NCBI GenBank assembly: GCA_044892525.1
Contig: CM097886.1
Span: 161,138,001 to 161,202,000 of the forward strand
Direction: 5' to 3'
Source: Schmidtea polychroa
Taxonomy: Eukaryota
DNA: 64,000 bases
Under the pieces are notes generated by a model. The model did no database searches, had not been told where the DNA came from, and saw only the letters and a list, made by a program, of their open reading frames with translations. Below are positions 38,116 to 52,453 of this stretch, piece by piece; the first letter of the stretch is position 1, and every line of letters begins with the position of its first letter. Position numbers and translations under genes: made by a program.

Positions 38116-39191
38116 CAGTCACATTGTGTTACTATGCCACCTCGCTATTATACCATTTTTACTAGATTCCAACAAAATTAAATATAAAATAAATTTACAA
38201 TACCACTCGCTACTCTCGCTACTATGTCTACATTGAGTAACTGTCAAAAGGCACGAGTTTTTAAAAACCTATGTTTTTGCATAATGCTCGATTATCACTC
38301 ACGTCCCAGAGGTGAAGCAATAAATTGCGTCTAACTTCAAACAACAACAATTAATACGTACACACATAGTATGACTGTGTTGCAGATGACAACTACAACA
38401 AGCAAATTACAAGATGTACAGCGACAAATCTACAACCAAAGCTAATAAAACCGTGAGCATACACAAACACTCACATAATAGTGACGTAATTTTTCTTCAA
38501 ATTCAATCCATAATGTCAGCTCAGAAACGCAAGTGAACTAACTTTACTCTAGAGGAAAAAAGAAAATCATCGATACTGCGTAAAGAGAGTCGAATCAAAC
38601 CAAGTTGGCCAGAGAGATTAATGGGAAATGGGACATCAAAGTTAAGAGAACCACTGTGAAGGGCAATCAAGTCTGATGTCCCATTGTAGCGAATGAAGTT
38701 GACACAAGCACACGACCCGAAGCTTGATAAAGGAGTGCTCATATGGCTAAAGCAAGCAAGAGAACAGAATTTACCTGTCAGCGGTGATTTGATCAGGCAA
38801 AAGGCAATGAAACTGACCGAGCTGATGCATATTCCAGACTTCATGGCGAGTGACGGTTGGTTAGACAATTAAAAAAAACGCCACGGCATCAAGTTCAAGA
38901 CGATATAAGTGTCGAGGAGGAAGTCGTTTCATTCGAGGAAGCTTATTGCGTTTAGAGCACCGTATGGAATTTCATGCACCAGAAAAGTGGAAAACCAGAT
39001 GTGATGCAAGCGTGCGATCAATTAGATTACGAGACGCGCTTGATCCACCAAAAGAAGATGAGCCAACCGACAATTCTTGAGAGCTGTGGTCGGACAAGTA
39101 ACTTGAGAAAATAAATCTATTTTTACAAGCCCCCGTTACTATGCCACTATTGCTCGATCCTGACAGGTGGCATAGTAACGAGATTTGACTG
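38116..39191 (+). mobile_element. Tigger-like element lacking the DDE domain
   Basis: 27-bp TIRs (23/27) cagtca...gttactatgccacct, TA-flanked. ATG at 38513. HTH-psq and CENPB motifs (LDKGVLIWLKQAREQNLPVSGDLIRQKA...ASDGWLD) are joined directly to the C-terminal tail. Confidence 0.9.
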
Positions 39192-40691
39192 TAATTAAAA
39201 CTAAATAATTTTACATTTTATTATTTCTTTCAATTTGAATTTTGTAAAAAATTATTAGTAATATTGATGAAATGCATTATAATTATTTTGAGCCGGCTGA
39301 AGGCAATTTGTAATTTTTGAACAAATTACATGAAATAGATTATCCTTAATAAACATACAAATACACCCGAAACTAATTATCCTTTAAATGATTTTTTTGT
39401 CATTTCTTTTGAATTATTTTAAAAACTAATTAATAATAATTTAGGAATTTAATATAAATTTTTATTTAATATTAAAATTAAATTAAAGCACAAAATATAA
39501 TTTCAAATAAAAATGTCTTTAGCAAGAAATAAATGACAATGTAAATCAAATAATAAATAATTTTAATAAAATTTAATTTAATGAAAATTAAATCATAAAT
39601 TATTTTATTGAAATTTAGTAACACGAAATCGATACATTTAAATTCTTTTATATGCATTTAAAATGTGTTATTTTTTAAATTGAAAGAAATTTAAAAAGGT
39701 TTTCAATAAAAATACTTCACATATGTTACATAAGAATTGCAGCTAATATTTTGCCTTTCCTTATTAGCATAATGAAAATGTTGCAAATCAAGGGTGCACC
39801 TAAAAAGGTACAAGATAACAGTGGCGACTTCTGTTAATAATAAGTCAATTCGAACATTGCCGCCGCTTATATATGAAGTTAAACCTTTGAATAAATAATT
39901 TTTGTATTTTTAGTAATATAAAAAGTTTTCCATTCACGTTCACATTAGATAAATGACTTCCGTGATGAATTACTGACGAGAATATGAGTAACAAAACATT
40001 ATCACTAAAAGCTAATCGAACTTCTTTTAAAATATCCAAATTAACGTTTCTTTTTTAAGACAAATGCAATTAATATATTGTATTTGACAGGTTTATATAC
40101 TCTGTAAACAATCTATGCAAAGTTCGGAAATACAGTAGATAAGATTACGTTGTAGAATGAAAGTAAGTGGAATGATCAACTTTTAATTTTAAAGCGATTC
40201 CTACACCTGAACCGCATGTTATAAAGTTTATTCTTATGAAGATTTACATTTATTTATAGAATTACAAAAAATTTTTCATCAACATAATATTATTTCAATT
40301 TATTATTAAAAATATTTTTCGTCCCCTTTAATCTGATTTTTGAAATTTCATTTATTTTCATTTTGACAAAAGATCAAATATCTTGTTATTATACTCAAGA
40401 AAAATATTTGATTTTTTGTTATAAAAGAAAAACGAAATTTAATCATTTTAAACACTATTTATTTAAAAAAAACCGATACTACTTTCCGACTCTCATGTTT
40501 CAATAATTTTTGCAAAATCAGAAAAAAAAACAATTATCTTTTTCATTAAACTATTCACATTAATAATTTACGTAAAATTATTTTTATTTCTTTTATTTTA
40601 TTTATATTATTTTTGTTTTGTAACATCCTCAAATAATCTGTTAATTGATATTGACAATTAAAAGAAATATTATTTGTTAATTGTTATTTAA

Positions 40692-40898
40692 CATGTTGAG
40701 CACCGTGAGAGGCATACCATGTTTTTCAGGTATTGTAGACATTTAAACTGTGTGAGACTGGTTTGGTCTCACGCATCATTTTTTCATTGAGTCCATGTAA
40801 CAAACTTTGCTTCTTAATTACATTCAAGTTATTGGGACTTCATAAAGCATGTTCTCGTGATTCAGACAAATTTCTATAGTATCGCGGCACTTAGGATG
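40692..40898. mobile_element. TTAA-flanked (piggyBac-like) MITE, decayed
   Basis: TTAA at 40688-40691 and 40899-40902. Imperfect TIR (11/18). Internal gtgagac...gtctcac hairpin. Confidence 0.5.
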
Positions 40899-43800
40899 TT
40901 AAAATGGAAAAGTTGTCACAAGAAATTTAAACCAAATATTTGGGCAAAACTATTTTAAATGAATACTACTACAGTAATTAATAAAATAAGTGTTGTTAAC
41001 AGAATACAAAATTAAATTAAATATAAATTCTATTTTAAATTAATTTCATTTAAAGTTTCAATTAGATAAGTGTATCTCAAGGACTTAAAGTGGAATAAAG
41101 CGTTTACGAATTTTTTTTAAATTAATTTCTGAAAAATAAATAAAAAGTGAATATATATTGCTGATTTTGATTAATGTTTATTTTTGGAGAATAGATCAAA
41201 TTTGTAAAAAAGTATTTATTAATATAATTATTTTGAAATTAGAAGTTCAATGCGTACCCCATTTAATACATCAATTATCATACAGGTCTTTCATATCTGA
41301 ATCGTGTTTGTCCAAGTAAGTGAGTTGATTTTACATGAGAATATTCAACGTTTATAGAACAACAAGCAACTTCGAATTTTTAGTTTCTATCACCAAACGT
41401 TACTATTTTCTTAAGACAAACAAAAATGGTTAAAACAATAGTATCAAGAACTTTTGTTTGAATTAATTAAAGTCCATTCAGCGAGCCGTGACGCAAACAT
41501 TTCTAATGATTCTTTCACGTTTCTAAAACTTCATATTTTTGTTTAAATTAACACAAATTATTTTTACTGCTTTCTAAGTTTTCATTCAAACTTTAAATTT
41601 GTAAATTTCCTGGCTTTGAAAATTTTAAATTTAAAAGAAAGAATAATTTGACGTAAAAGTATTTTCATCATTATACAATTTCGAATTTTAATCCTATTTA
41701 CAATTTTTAGTAAATTCTACTGATTTTTATCAGCAACTCTTTGAGGAAAATTCCAATATAAAACTTAAACAATAGATTATTAAAACAAACTATATATAAA
41801 TTATATATTATAATAGTGGTGGCGATAAAATTTCCGATAAAAATTATTTGTAAATATATATTAATGAATGAAAATTGTCATGTAAAAGTTGAAGCAATCC
41901 AATACAGATGGAATTATAGTATTTTTAATATTCTAACCGTTTTGAAATTAATTTATTATAGTATATTGGTTAATATGTATCAATTTATCTGAATCTTTCC
42001 GTCTTTTAATAGCATACCTACACACTGTTTTTGGTACGTGAAACTTCAGGCGCCATTGAATCATAAATCAGATAAGAAATACGAGGCAAAACAGTGATAA
42101 AAATTGAAGCTTTTAAAATAATTAAATTAAAATTCATTCATTTACCTGATCTGTATTAAAAAAATTAAAAATTAAAAAATGGTCCAAAGTTTTCTAAAAA
42201 GATATTCTTAAAAAGATATGTTACACTTATATAACAAATTTTTAACATAGGAAAATTGTCAATTTTCTTACACATTTCTTGCCCCTTATTCTTGATGTGC
42301 TCAAGGCAACTTCTTTTTTGTCGTTATATTAATATTGATGCTGATTATTAAAGAAATAATTGACATTAATCGTTTGTCTAGTCATCTTGTTAGCAACCCT
42401 CAAATGCACTAGAAATATGTATTTAGACAATTTTATTTAACTATTATATACACACTACATAAAAACATTAAGGCAAATGACCTCAAATGACAGTTTCGCC
42501 TAAGTTATATTGCCTAATTCCTGGCAAACATATATTTTTACTTATTCAAGGTAAGGAGAAGGTTAAAGTACTAATATTTTCATAAACCGACATTTTCGAA
42601 GAGTGCCACCAAAAAACATCTCATATCCATTTAATTTCAAGTCCGTGAAAATATCAGGATTGTCAGACAAGAAGTTGAATATTTTACAGGAAGTATTCAG
42701 AATTTCGAAATAGAACATATATTTTTTAATCAGCATATTGAGAACTGAAAGTATCATAAAATAATTATCTAAATATAATATTCAGTATTTATTGCTCTAT
42801 TTCTTATTTATAAATTTTTGAAACAACAAGTACCGAAAAATAATTAATTATTACAGTGAATATAATTGTATCTAGCATTCAAATTAATTAATTAAATAAT
42901 TTTTAATGGCCAAAAAATGTAATTCAACCATGTGGAAAAACAATTTAATAAGATATTAGTGATTCCCTTAAATTGTGTCTGTAAATCCTGAAAAAAATTC
43001 ATTTATATTTATTTAATTTTAATTTTTTAATTTTTGTTAATTAATCTTTAACTATATAAAATCTTATTTTTTATGATTTCTTTCACAACACATATTTACG
43101 ATATTTGAATTGTTTGAATTGAGCATGTTTAATCTGTATAATTTATCTTATTTCAGTACAAATATTACCAATTTCATTTTACTCTTTGAACAACTTTGTT
43201 ATTGTTGCAACACGTCTATTGTTGATGTTATATGTTCAAATTGTACATTTAATTTATACATTTTAATTTATAAGTAACCTAATTTTTCAGAAATTTCATG
43301 AAAATTGTAGTATCTCTTAGATTCTCTCAAAACTTATATTCATTAATGAAAATATTATTAAATGAAAAATTGGTTTTGTTTAAATATATTATAATAATTC
43401 ATTATTTATATCTTAAAGATATTAAATATTTAATAAATAATATAAATGTTATTGATGTTTTTCCTAATTATAATATTATAATAAATATAGCCAAATAAGA
43501 TTATGGATGTATGATAATCATATTTTCTTTTCTTTTATAATTTTGTTTTTATATAAAATTATATTACAACAAATATCGATGTAAAATATAAACATCAAGA
43601 AAATATTATTTCTTTGCCTAATTAATTTGTTTCTATTGGGATATGTAAAATACTTTTCTGTTCGATTTAAATTAAACAAATTAATAAATTTATTTGATAT
43701 TTCTCAATCTCTTAGAAACTGTCAATTTGAGTAGTCTAATAATTTATTACTTTCGAGAGGCTCTACAAATACATTGATAGACATGGAAATTGTGAAGATG

Positions 43801-46800
43801 AGATGCCAAAACGGTATTTTTACATAATAAGATAACGCAATCAGAGTAAGTGGGTAGCGTGTTCATTGATGATATAAACATCAGATACGAATAAATTAAA
43901 TTACATTTATTCGTATATGTTAAGTTTTCATTTCCGGAATTTAAGAAAATTTCATTATTTATTATTTGTTAAACTCAAATAAAATTTTGGCTTTAAATAT
44001 TTTAATTATTCTAATATAGTTTTTATTTCACGTTCTCGTATATATTATAAATATTTATTATTTTTAAATTATTCTATTTATAAAATTTAATTTTAAATTG
44101 AACATTAATTATTTTTATTAAATTTTGTTTTGAATATTAAAAATTATTAATCATTAATCAGTTTTAATGAAAATAATTATATATTCAAATTCTGCTTGAA
44201 CTAAATTCATTAACTAATTTGTAAAATAAATTGTTTAAATGTTATATCTGATAAAAAACACTGAGTTTTGAAAATATACATTTTTTTCATAAAGTTTTCC
44301 AGATTTTTTAACTAATTTTAGAATTGAAAAATAGAAGTTATTTTAGACGAAGATCAAGCTGTGATAATTTTCATCCGGATATTTGATCAAAATCAGTAAT
44401 TAAAAAAAATCACTGAATAAATTAATTCGTAAATTGTACAAAATAATAGCTTAGTTATCTCAAATGATTTTATTTAATCAAAATTAATTGTTTAAATCCT
44501 TGATTAAATTTAAGCTTAGAACTTAAATTTACATTTAAATTTATTGTAATTTATATTTGAAAAATTATTTAAATGGCAATTAATAAATATGTTAAATTTT
44601 GATTATTTTTTATTTTTTATGTGTGAGGCCTGAGAATTTGTCATTGAAAGCAAATTTTAAATATGAAGATTAGGAAGTGCAGACAAACTGATTATAATTA
44701 TATATAAGAAATTCAATATTTAGTTTATAAATGTAGATATTTATGAATTAATTGGGCATGATTTATCGTGAAACCGAATATTATTCTTGAAGCTATTATA
44801 AATGATAACAACTAAGGGTTTCGGTGTAAAAGATCCCCTTGAGGATCATCAGAAAGAGATCCATCTTGCAAAAATTAGAATAAAACCTTATGAAGCAAAG
44901 ATCAAACGTGAAAAAGCCATAAATCCATATATATTTATACGAGTTACTGCATTCTCTTCTTTTCTTAATAGTAATTTTATAGGGATATTCTGTTAAATTT
45001 CCATAAATGGAAATAAAATTTTATTTTTCGGATTTTATAGTAATATTTTGCAAAACCAAATATTTTTATATTAATATTTAAACTTGTCTATTGATGAAAA
45101 ATAAATAATTATTTTGTAGCTCAATCCATTTTAATAATTTTAAATTTGTCTCCTTTATCGTTTTGTGTTACTCATTTCATTATTATAAACAAAGGCAATT
45201 TTTTATATATATTTTTTATATTAAATAAATAAATATTAAATATACTATGACATTATCAGTGTATAAATTGGAAAGATTTTCCCAATTTATTTTATCAGAT
45301 TACTAAATTGTGTAAGATTCCTATATTCATCAAATCAAGATCTATCAATAAATTTTATAGTTTAATTCACTAATTTAAAATAATTCTTCCAAAAGTATGG
45401 AATTAATGACAAATAAAGTAATAGGTAGAAAGTTTTCATTGATAATGTCCATGCGTAAGTAATTTAATTGACTAAAAAATTTTAATAAATTTTATTAAAA
45501 AAAATTTTAATATAATTGTAAGATTCATTTGTTTAATTTTACATTTTAAAATTAAATAATTAAAAATATTTTTAAAAAACAATTAAACAAAATTTGATAA
45601 ATTAGTCAAATTGATCATTTAATCATTTTATAATAAAATATTAATAATTTAATTAATTAATTTTATTTAGTATTTAAAATGTTTTGAATGATAATATTTT
45701 TACATAACATTCATTATGGAAACTATCCTATTTTCTATCTTTGTTTCTTTTCTGAAAAGATAAATATTTTGTTTTATAGTCTGAAAAGAAATGATAATAA
45801 AGTAATATAAAATGATAATAATAAATGGTGAAAATAAAAAATATTTTACTCATTGATATTTATGTATTTTTCTTTTTAAAATTTATATATAAGTAAATTT
45901 TCTTTTCTCAATCATTTTTTAAGTCTTTAATTAAATTTAATCAAAGATTGAATTAATTACTTGTCTATCTAATCACTAACAAATCACTTCAATCAAATTT
46001 AAATAATAATCTCATTTTTTTTAAATTAGATTTTAATATACATAGATAATTCGCAGTTTTCAGCAAATAAAAGTTTAAAGCGGTAAAATTACTGTTAGAG
46101 AAATAGAACTTCTATTTGACTATATAAATTACATAAAATTTTCAAAATATAATAAATGAAAAATCAAAATTTCTCTAATAATCAAAAATAATCCATTTTA
46201 TCATTAGAGCATAAAATAGGTAAAATTTCAAATTCTAATTTGAAATGATTGATGGAGGCATTTCGTGTCTACTTTATCAAACAAGTTGTCGTCTGAAATG
46301 GAATAATTCTCCTAACTTTATTTTAAATGTAAAATGGATTTAAGCAGTTTTAAAATTTTAATTATATTCATTTACTTTTCAACTATAGATCAATACTTTC
46401 TATTTAACACAAATTTCAAACTGTGTTTTTTCAGGAGTTAATCCTCGAAAGTTTGTGTCAATCTATAATCCAAAACTAAATACATTATCTTCCGGATATG
46501 GTACAGTCGGATATTATATGTAATCGGATATTGTAACATTAGTGTGTGACAAAAGTTTTTGTGCTGTACACTGTACGTTCCATTTTAAGGAAATAGGCTA
46601 TTAAAGATTTCGTCATAATAAAAGGTTTTCTTGTAAAGGTATTTTATTATATCCTTAACTTAATGTAAATGCAAATAAAATCGTAAATGAAAATACGTTC
46701 AGTAGGAAATATGTACACGATAAATGATCCTAATGATATATAACAATAAATATATAAATAAATGGCTTCGTTAAACCCATTCATAAATGATAATAATGTA

Positions 46801-49800
46801 TAAAAAGACTAAAGTTTTAAAATTGTAAACAAAAATATATAACTGATTAAATGAATTTTAAAGTTAATAAGAAAATGTCATATGAAAATAAACCTTTACC
46901 TTATATAAAAAGTCTTTTATATAATAAAATTAAATATTAAAATAATCATAAATCAAATGTCTTAATTACATTCAGTATTTTTTGTTTAATAAAATCGTCT
47001 TTTAGTCACTATCATAGTTTCATCTCGGAATTTTGTAAAACAAAATTTTATTTTATTTTTAATGTTGACGTTAATGATTTAAACATTTTAATTTAAATTT
47101 ACATACTTTTTAATTTTCTGCAAAAATATTTACTAATTTTATTCTAATCAATTTAGTAATACCAACTGGAAATTATTGTACATTAATTCATATTTTGTTT
47201 AAATTTTACTAATAATATTTCATCATTTGAACATTGTCAATGAAATTGTCACAATAATTTATTCGTTAACTATATAATCATAAAATGAGTGACAAATTTT
47301 ATCAAATATCAATTTTCTGTCGTCATTAAAATAAATGTTCAAATAAATATTTTGATCAAATAAATTTAATATTTATATTTGTGCTGCGTAGAAAGAAATT
47401 GTTGATTTTTTTGTCAAAATGAAAATACCATTAAATTGAAAATACTGAAAATGTAATTTTGTCAAAAAATGAAAATCGATCAAAAGTGACAAAAATATAT
47501 TTAAAATTTTTAATAATGACAAAATATAATAAGAATATTTACTAATTTGCATTGTTTATCACTCGTCTTACTTCGACTTGTGTGACCATGAATTCTGAGA
47601 TAAAAAGTGAAAGGTTTCGAGGTCCATAATATTTCGTAGGTTCCATTTCATTTGAATAACACAGTCGAATTGTGAGAAAATAGAAAATTATTCGAAAGAA
47701 CCATCATTAATTGGATCTGAATTTTTTAAAATATTTGCAATTAGCATTCATGTTCATTAAATTAATTAATTAACAGAAAAATATAGGACTATATATTTAA
47801 AATACTATATAAAATAAAACTGAATTATTTATCAAAATTATTTCAGCTAATGGCAACAAATATGAAACTTAAAAAAAATTTTAAATCCTGAAAAATATTG
47901 AAAATTTACTCGAATTATTAATATTATCCAACAATTAATATTAATAATAATATTATTATTATCCAACTCTACTTATGTAATGATGATAGCATTTATATTT
48001 GACTGAATTTACCTTTAAAATCTATGAGTACGTCTTTGTATATTGAAGTGCTGCTAATATTTTTTTCCAAAGAAATTATTAGGGGAAATTTAAATTTAAA
48101 AATTTATCATTTTTATAATTGGAAAGAACCAAATTATTATAAACAAATTAATAATTCAAATAAAATAAATATTCATAAAAATAAATATTCTTTATTACAG
48201 AAAAACATGATGGAATAAAAAATGAAAAATTAGTCAGCGATAGGAATAACATAAGAAAAGCAGATTATAGAGATTATGAGTGTGAATCAACAGAAAATTC
48301 ATTACTGAAATTAACATTTTAAAAATGATTACGAAATGACACATGTGGTGGTAAATAACATAATTTAAAAAGTGTATTATTTGAAATTCTTAGAATAATA
48401 CGAAAATGCAAAAATATGTAAAAATATAGACATCAATAATTAATTAAAATAATCGAAAAATGTCGATAGTCGAAAAAGAAATGAAGATAAAAAAGAATAT
48501 TTGTTTAAATATTCAATTTTAAAAAGTTAAGTAATTAATTAATTCAATTTTATAAAGAAATGACAAACATATTTTAACATTTATTTATTACGTGCCGTGA
48601 ATTCTATACTTTTTAAAATTAATTTGTAAAAAAACAATTATAACTATTATTATTACCGTTGACACTTTTTTTATGTCATGAATATTACACAACATAATTG
48701 TGTATTTATAACAACTGAAAGATTTTCAAAGATTTAATATATAAATATCAAAGTAATAAATTTACATAAATTTATAAATAAGTCTAAAATGAAGAAGATG
48801 AAAATTATCACTCTGAAATTTTTGTTTTATCACTTAAGTTTTGAAAATTGTCAAGAAATGAAAAATCCGATCACGATATTGAAATTAACACTTGTGGAAC
48901 TTTCCAAGAAAATTTAATGCCAGAAAAATAGTATTATTTTAGTTAATAATAATTAATATTTATATTTTTGAATTATCAAAATTACAGAAAACTTAACAGT
49001 GCGAAAAACAATAACTAATGATTTGGAAAAGTAATTTCGGTTATTTTTATTGGCATATTACTCAATTTGTTTTTACTCATATTACACATATTACACAATT
49101 AACAATAAAACATATTTAACGAGGCGTTAATTAACCAATTGGATAATTAAATATTAATAAATACTAATATTAAGCTTTTCATTAGCAATTATTAATGATT
49201 AATTAAAGAATGTAGTGAAAAGTATATAGCCTGAATTTCCGCATACTTTCTGTAAATATTTAATAAAAAAGTATTAAAAACAAATATTCATAACAGAAGA
49301 CAACATTTATTAAAGAATATATAATGTTTTAATAACATTTTCTGGGCATATTTAATGCTACTTCCAGTATTGTTTTTTGATATGATATATTTGAAAAGTC
49401 CCATGATGGAGAGGTACTAAACAAAATTTGTAAATGTATTGAGTATCGCTCATCTTATTGTTTACAGTACATATCAACATCTTTTGTTGTTAATAACAAA
49501 AATTCTTAATTTTTTTTATGTTTTTTCTCATTTTCATGTTTTATTTACTTGTAGTTCTAATTTATTATCCGATATTTCATGAAATTCTAAATGATGTGAA
49601 TTTTCGTCATCCATAGCCAACAGTTGAGAAATACAAGACCGGAATTCACGTCTTGTATTCACTTTGTATTTAAATAATTTCAAATAATTTTAATTTGTAA
49701 TTAGTTTTTTTCTAGATTTGTTAGAATATTCGAAATTTATTTTATGAATTTTGGTTTTTAAAATTTTAACTTGAACCGACAAGAATTAAATAAATTTTAA

Positions 49801-51986
49801 TATTATTCAGTAATAGTATTGGGCGTAAATATTGAATATAAGAATATAAATGATCAAGAAACAGAGATTATATGTATTCATTTATATGTAATGGAAAAAT
49901 ATTTTTTTGATTAAATTTCCCTATGCTTTAAGCATTGATAACATTTAGTGGGGTTATTATATACTAAACAACATCATAAACTTTAAATGATTTTTTTCAC
50001 TTAATTTTTAAATGCATTTCAATGGCTTTAATCACTCAGAATGTCTTACTACATTATTCCTAAGACTGAATTTAATTTGCTGTAGATTGTTTAATAAAAT
50101 CTTTAACAAATTAGTGGACATTAAAATCATTGTGTCACTTACCTTTCATTCACTTTAGGGCTGTTAAACATAACATATTTAAATAGAAGTACAAATTTTT
50201 TTTATACATTGCAAAAAAGCTTGAATTTTTAATGCGTGTATTATTTCTAATTAGGATATTTGAATGCAATTTTTTAATTTCACTGTTATTATACATAATA
50301 TAGAAATAGAGTATTATCCATATGGATGTTGTTGATCCGGATCATATTTATACATTCATACATATTTATTATCAATGGCGTCATAAACATTATTGCTTTA
50401 TTCGAATTACATCAAGGTTATTGTGATAAATTTTGTATTATTATTAATAAAATTGATATCTATAATATTTAGAAAAAAATATATTAATATCATTTTTAAT
50501 GGCTAGTTTATGTGTTTGATATCTATTTTCCTCACTTTAATTTATTCTTGGTACTTAAAAAGAAATAAATTTAACTATTTTTGTCGACCCCATGATAATG
50601 ATATTTAAGAGTATTATGATAATTTGTTAGACTATCATTTCTTTATTTAATTACACAATATTAAGATCTTTATAGTCAAATTATTCCCCATACAATTTCA
50701 AAAGCCTTAAAATAAATTTATTATATTTTAAAATAATTTTGTTTATAATAAAATTTTTTTTCAATGTTTAAAATTTCATAATTTCTGGAAACAATATAAA
50801 TTTTACTTTTGGTAGATTTTTTCGAATTTTATAAAAAACATGCTATTAAAGTCTGTTTTATAATAATCATTATTTAGAAATTATATAGTTAAAATTCTAC
50901 AATTCACAAACAACATTTCTATTAAAATATAAAGTATTATATTAAGATATAGAATTAATTAAATATCATTGATTTTGAAGAAAGAATTACTAAAATAAGG
51001 AATTTCTTTTTGAAAGTAACAAATACTCCAAGACTATATAATCTAAAAAAGAATCTAATTTTAAGGAAATATTTCATTTCTGCAAAGATCTTATAAATAA
51101 ATAAAAAATTAATTAATTAAATACTTTGACAGTTTTCTCCAATAAAAAATAAAAAAATCTTTCTCCTTCTTCCTTTCTAAATGAATCTTTTTTCCAGCTT
51201 ATTTTTATTTTTATTCTTATGCTTAATGTTTCAAAGAAATACAACAATTTAAATAAAATTAAAATACTTTTAAAAATTAAACTCAAAATTTTTTTTGTTT
51301 TTTTTCTTTTGTCTATTTACTTTCTGTGTGATGCAGTAATTTATTCAGTAATTTATTCTTCGTTATCAAAAGTTCTCCGATTTCTCGTTATTTAAAGTCT
51401 CTTAGATAAAGAATTACTTTTTTAAGTCAGTTCTTTTACAAAGTTCAGTAAATTATATCAGTTTTTAAATATTACTTATTTAGTAACTTCAATGGCAACG
51501 TGTATCTCAGTAAAACACTAGATAAAATTTTAATAAGCACAAAAAAATATTATAATAAATAATTAAAGTCAAATTTTCTTTTAGAGACCCTGCAAAATTA
51601 TGATGAAATTATCAATATCGAATCTCAAAATACCTTTTGGTATTGTGATTTTCATTTTGTAGTTTGAAATGGTATTATTTTCAAGCTTTTTTGACATTTA
51701 TTTTTATTACAATATTTTATTATATTATTAAAAACACAAATCAAATAAATAAATAGGTAAACCCATTTCACAGTGTTTATGACATGGAATATTTGGATCT
51801 AAAGTAATTATATCCTATTCACTCCAATAAGAAATTAACCAAATCTTTCACTCTCTTCCTTTCTAATCGAATCTCTTTTTCCGGTTTCTTTTGTTTTAAA
51901 CTTGATATGTTTCAAAGATTTATAAAAATTTAAATAAAATCCAAAAAATTTAATGTTTCAATATTAAAATCCACCTATATTTATAC

Positions 51987-52453
51987 TAGGGTTTTTCAAA
52001 AACAGTACTTTTCATAAAACAGCTGCTACTGTTTTTATTTTTGTTGAATTTTACAAATAAAAAAATAATTATATTTTAACATCGATAATATATTGATAAT
52101 TTATAAAAAATTTTTACTCATATAAGTGATATAAGTTTATATAACTCATAAGTTTACCGAAACCCTGTAATGGCAAAAGATCTATTTAATGATTAAATTT
52201 TAATCTAATATTTTACTTACTTTTGCTATTAATAGAGCTGTATTTTAATTTAAAATATTGCTCGAATAATTAAATAAATAACGTCGCTAAGTATACTAAA
52301 AGTGAAAACAGGTATAAATTAATAAATATCGATAATTTTAAAAATCGGTTTTCTGTTTTGGCATTTTAGTTGAAGAAATTCTTTTACAAAAAAATTCAAA
52401 AAAACAGTAAAAACAGTCTAGGATTCACTGTTAAACAGTTTTGAAAAACCCTA
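51987..52453. mobile_element. hAT MITE (467 bp)
   Basis: Perfect 15-bp TIR tagggtttttcaaaa and perfect 8-bp TSD atttatac (51979-51986, 52454-52461). Confidence 0.92.

Noticed and set aside
42563-42757. Short ORFs in the AT-rich middle (also 43298, 44802, 48024, 54190, 61161)
   Set aside because: No recognisable motifs, and the composition matches intergenic DNA.
44820-44870. CTGATGA plus gatcc/ggatc hairpin on -
   Set aside because: GAAA does not directly follow stem II, so hammerhead geometry is not met.
49607-49660. STVGYG potassium-channel-like peptide on - and a 10-bp hairpin
   Set aside because: The peptide is bracketed by in-frame stops with no flanking helices or splice sites, and the hairpin is single-copy. 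Chance is likely.
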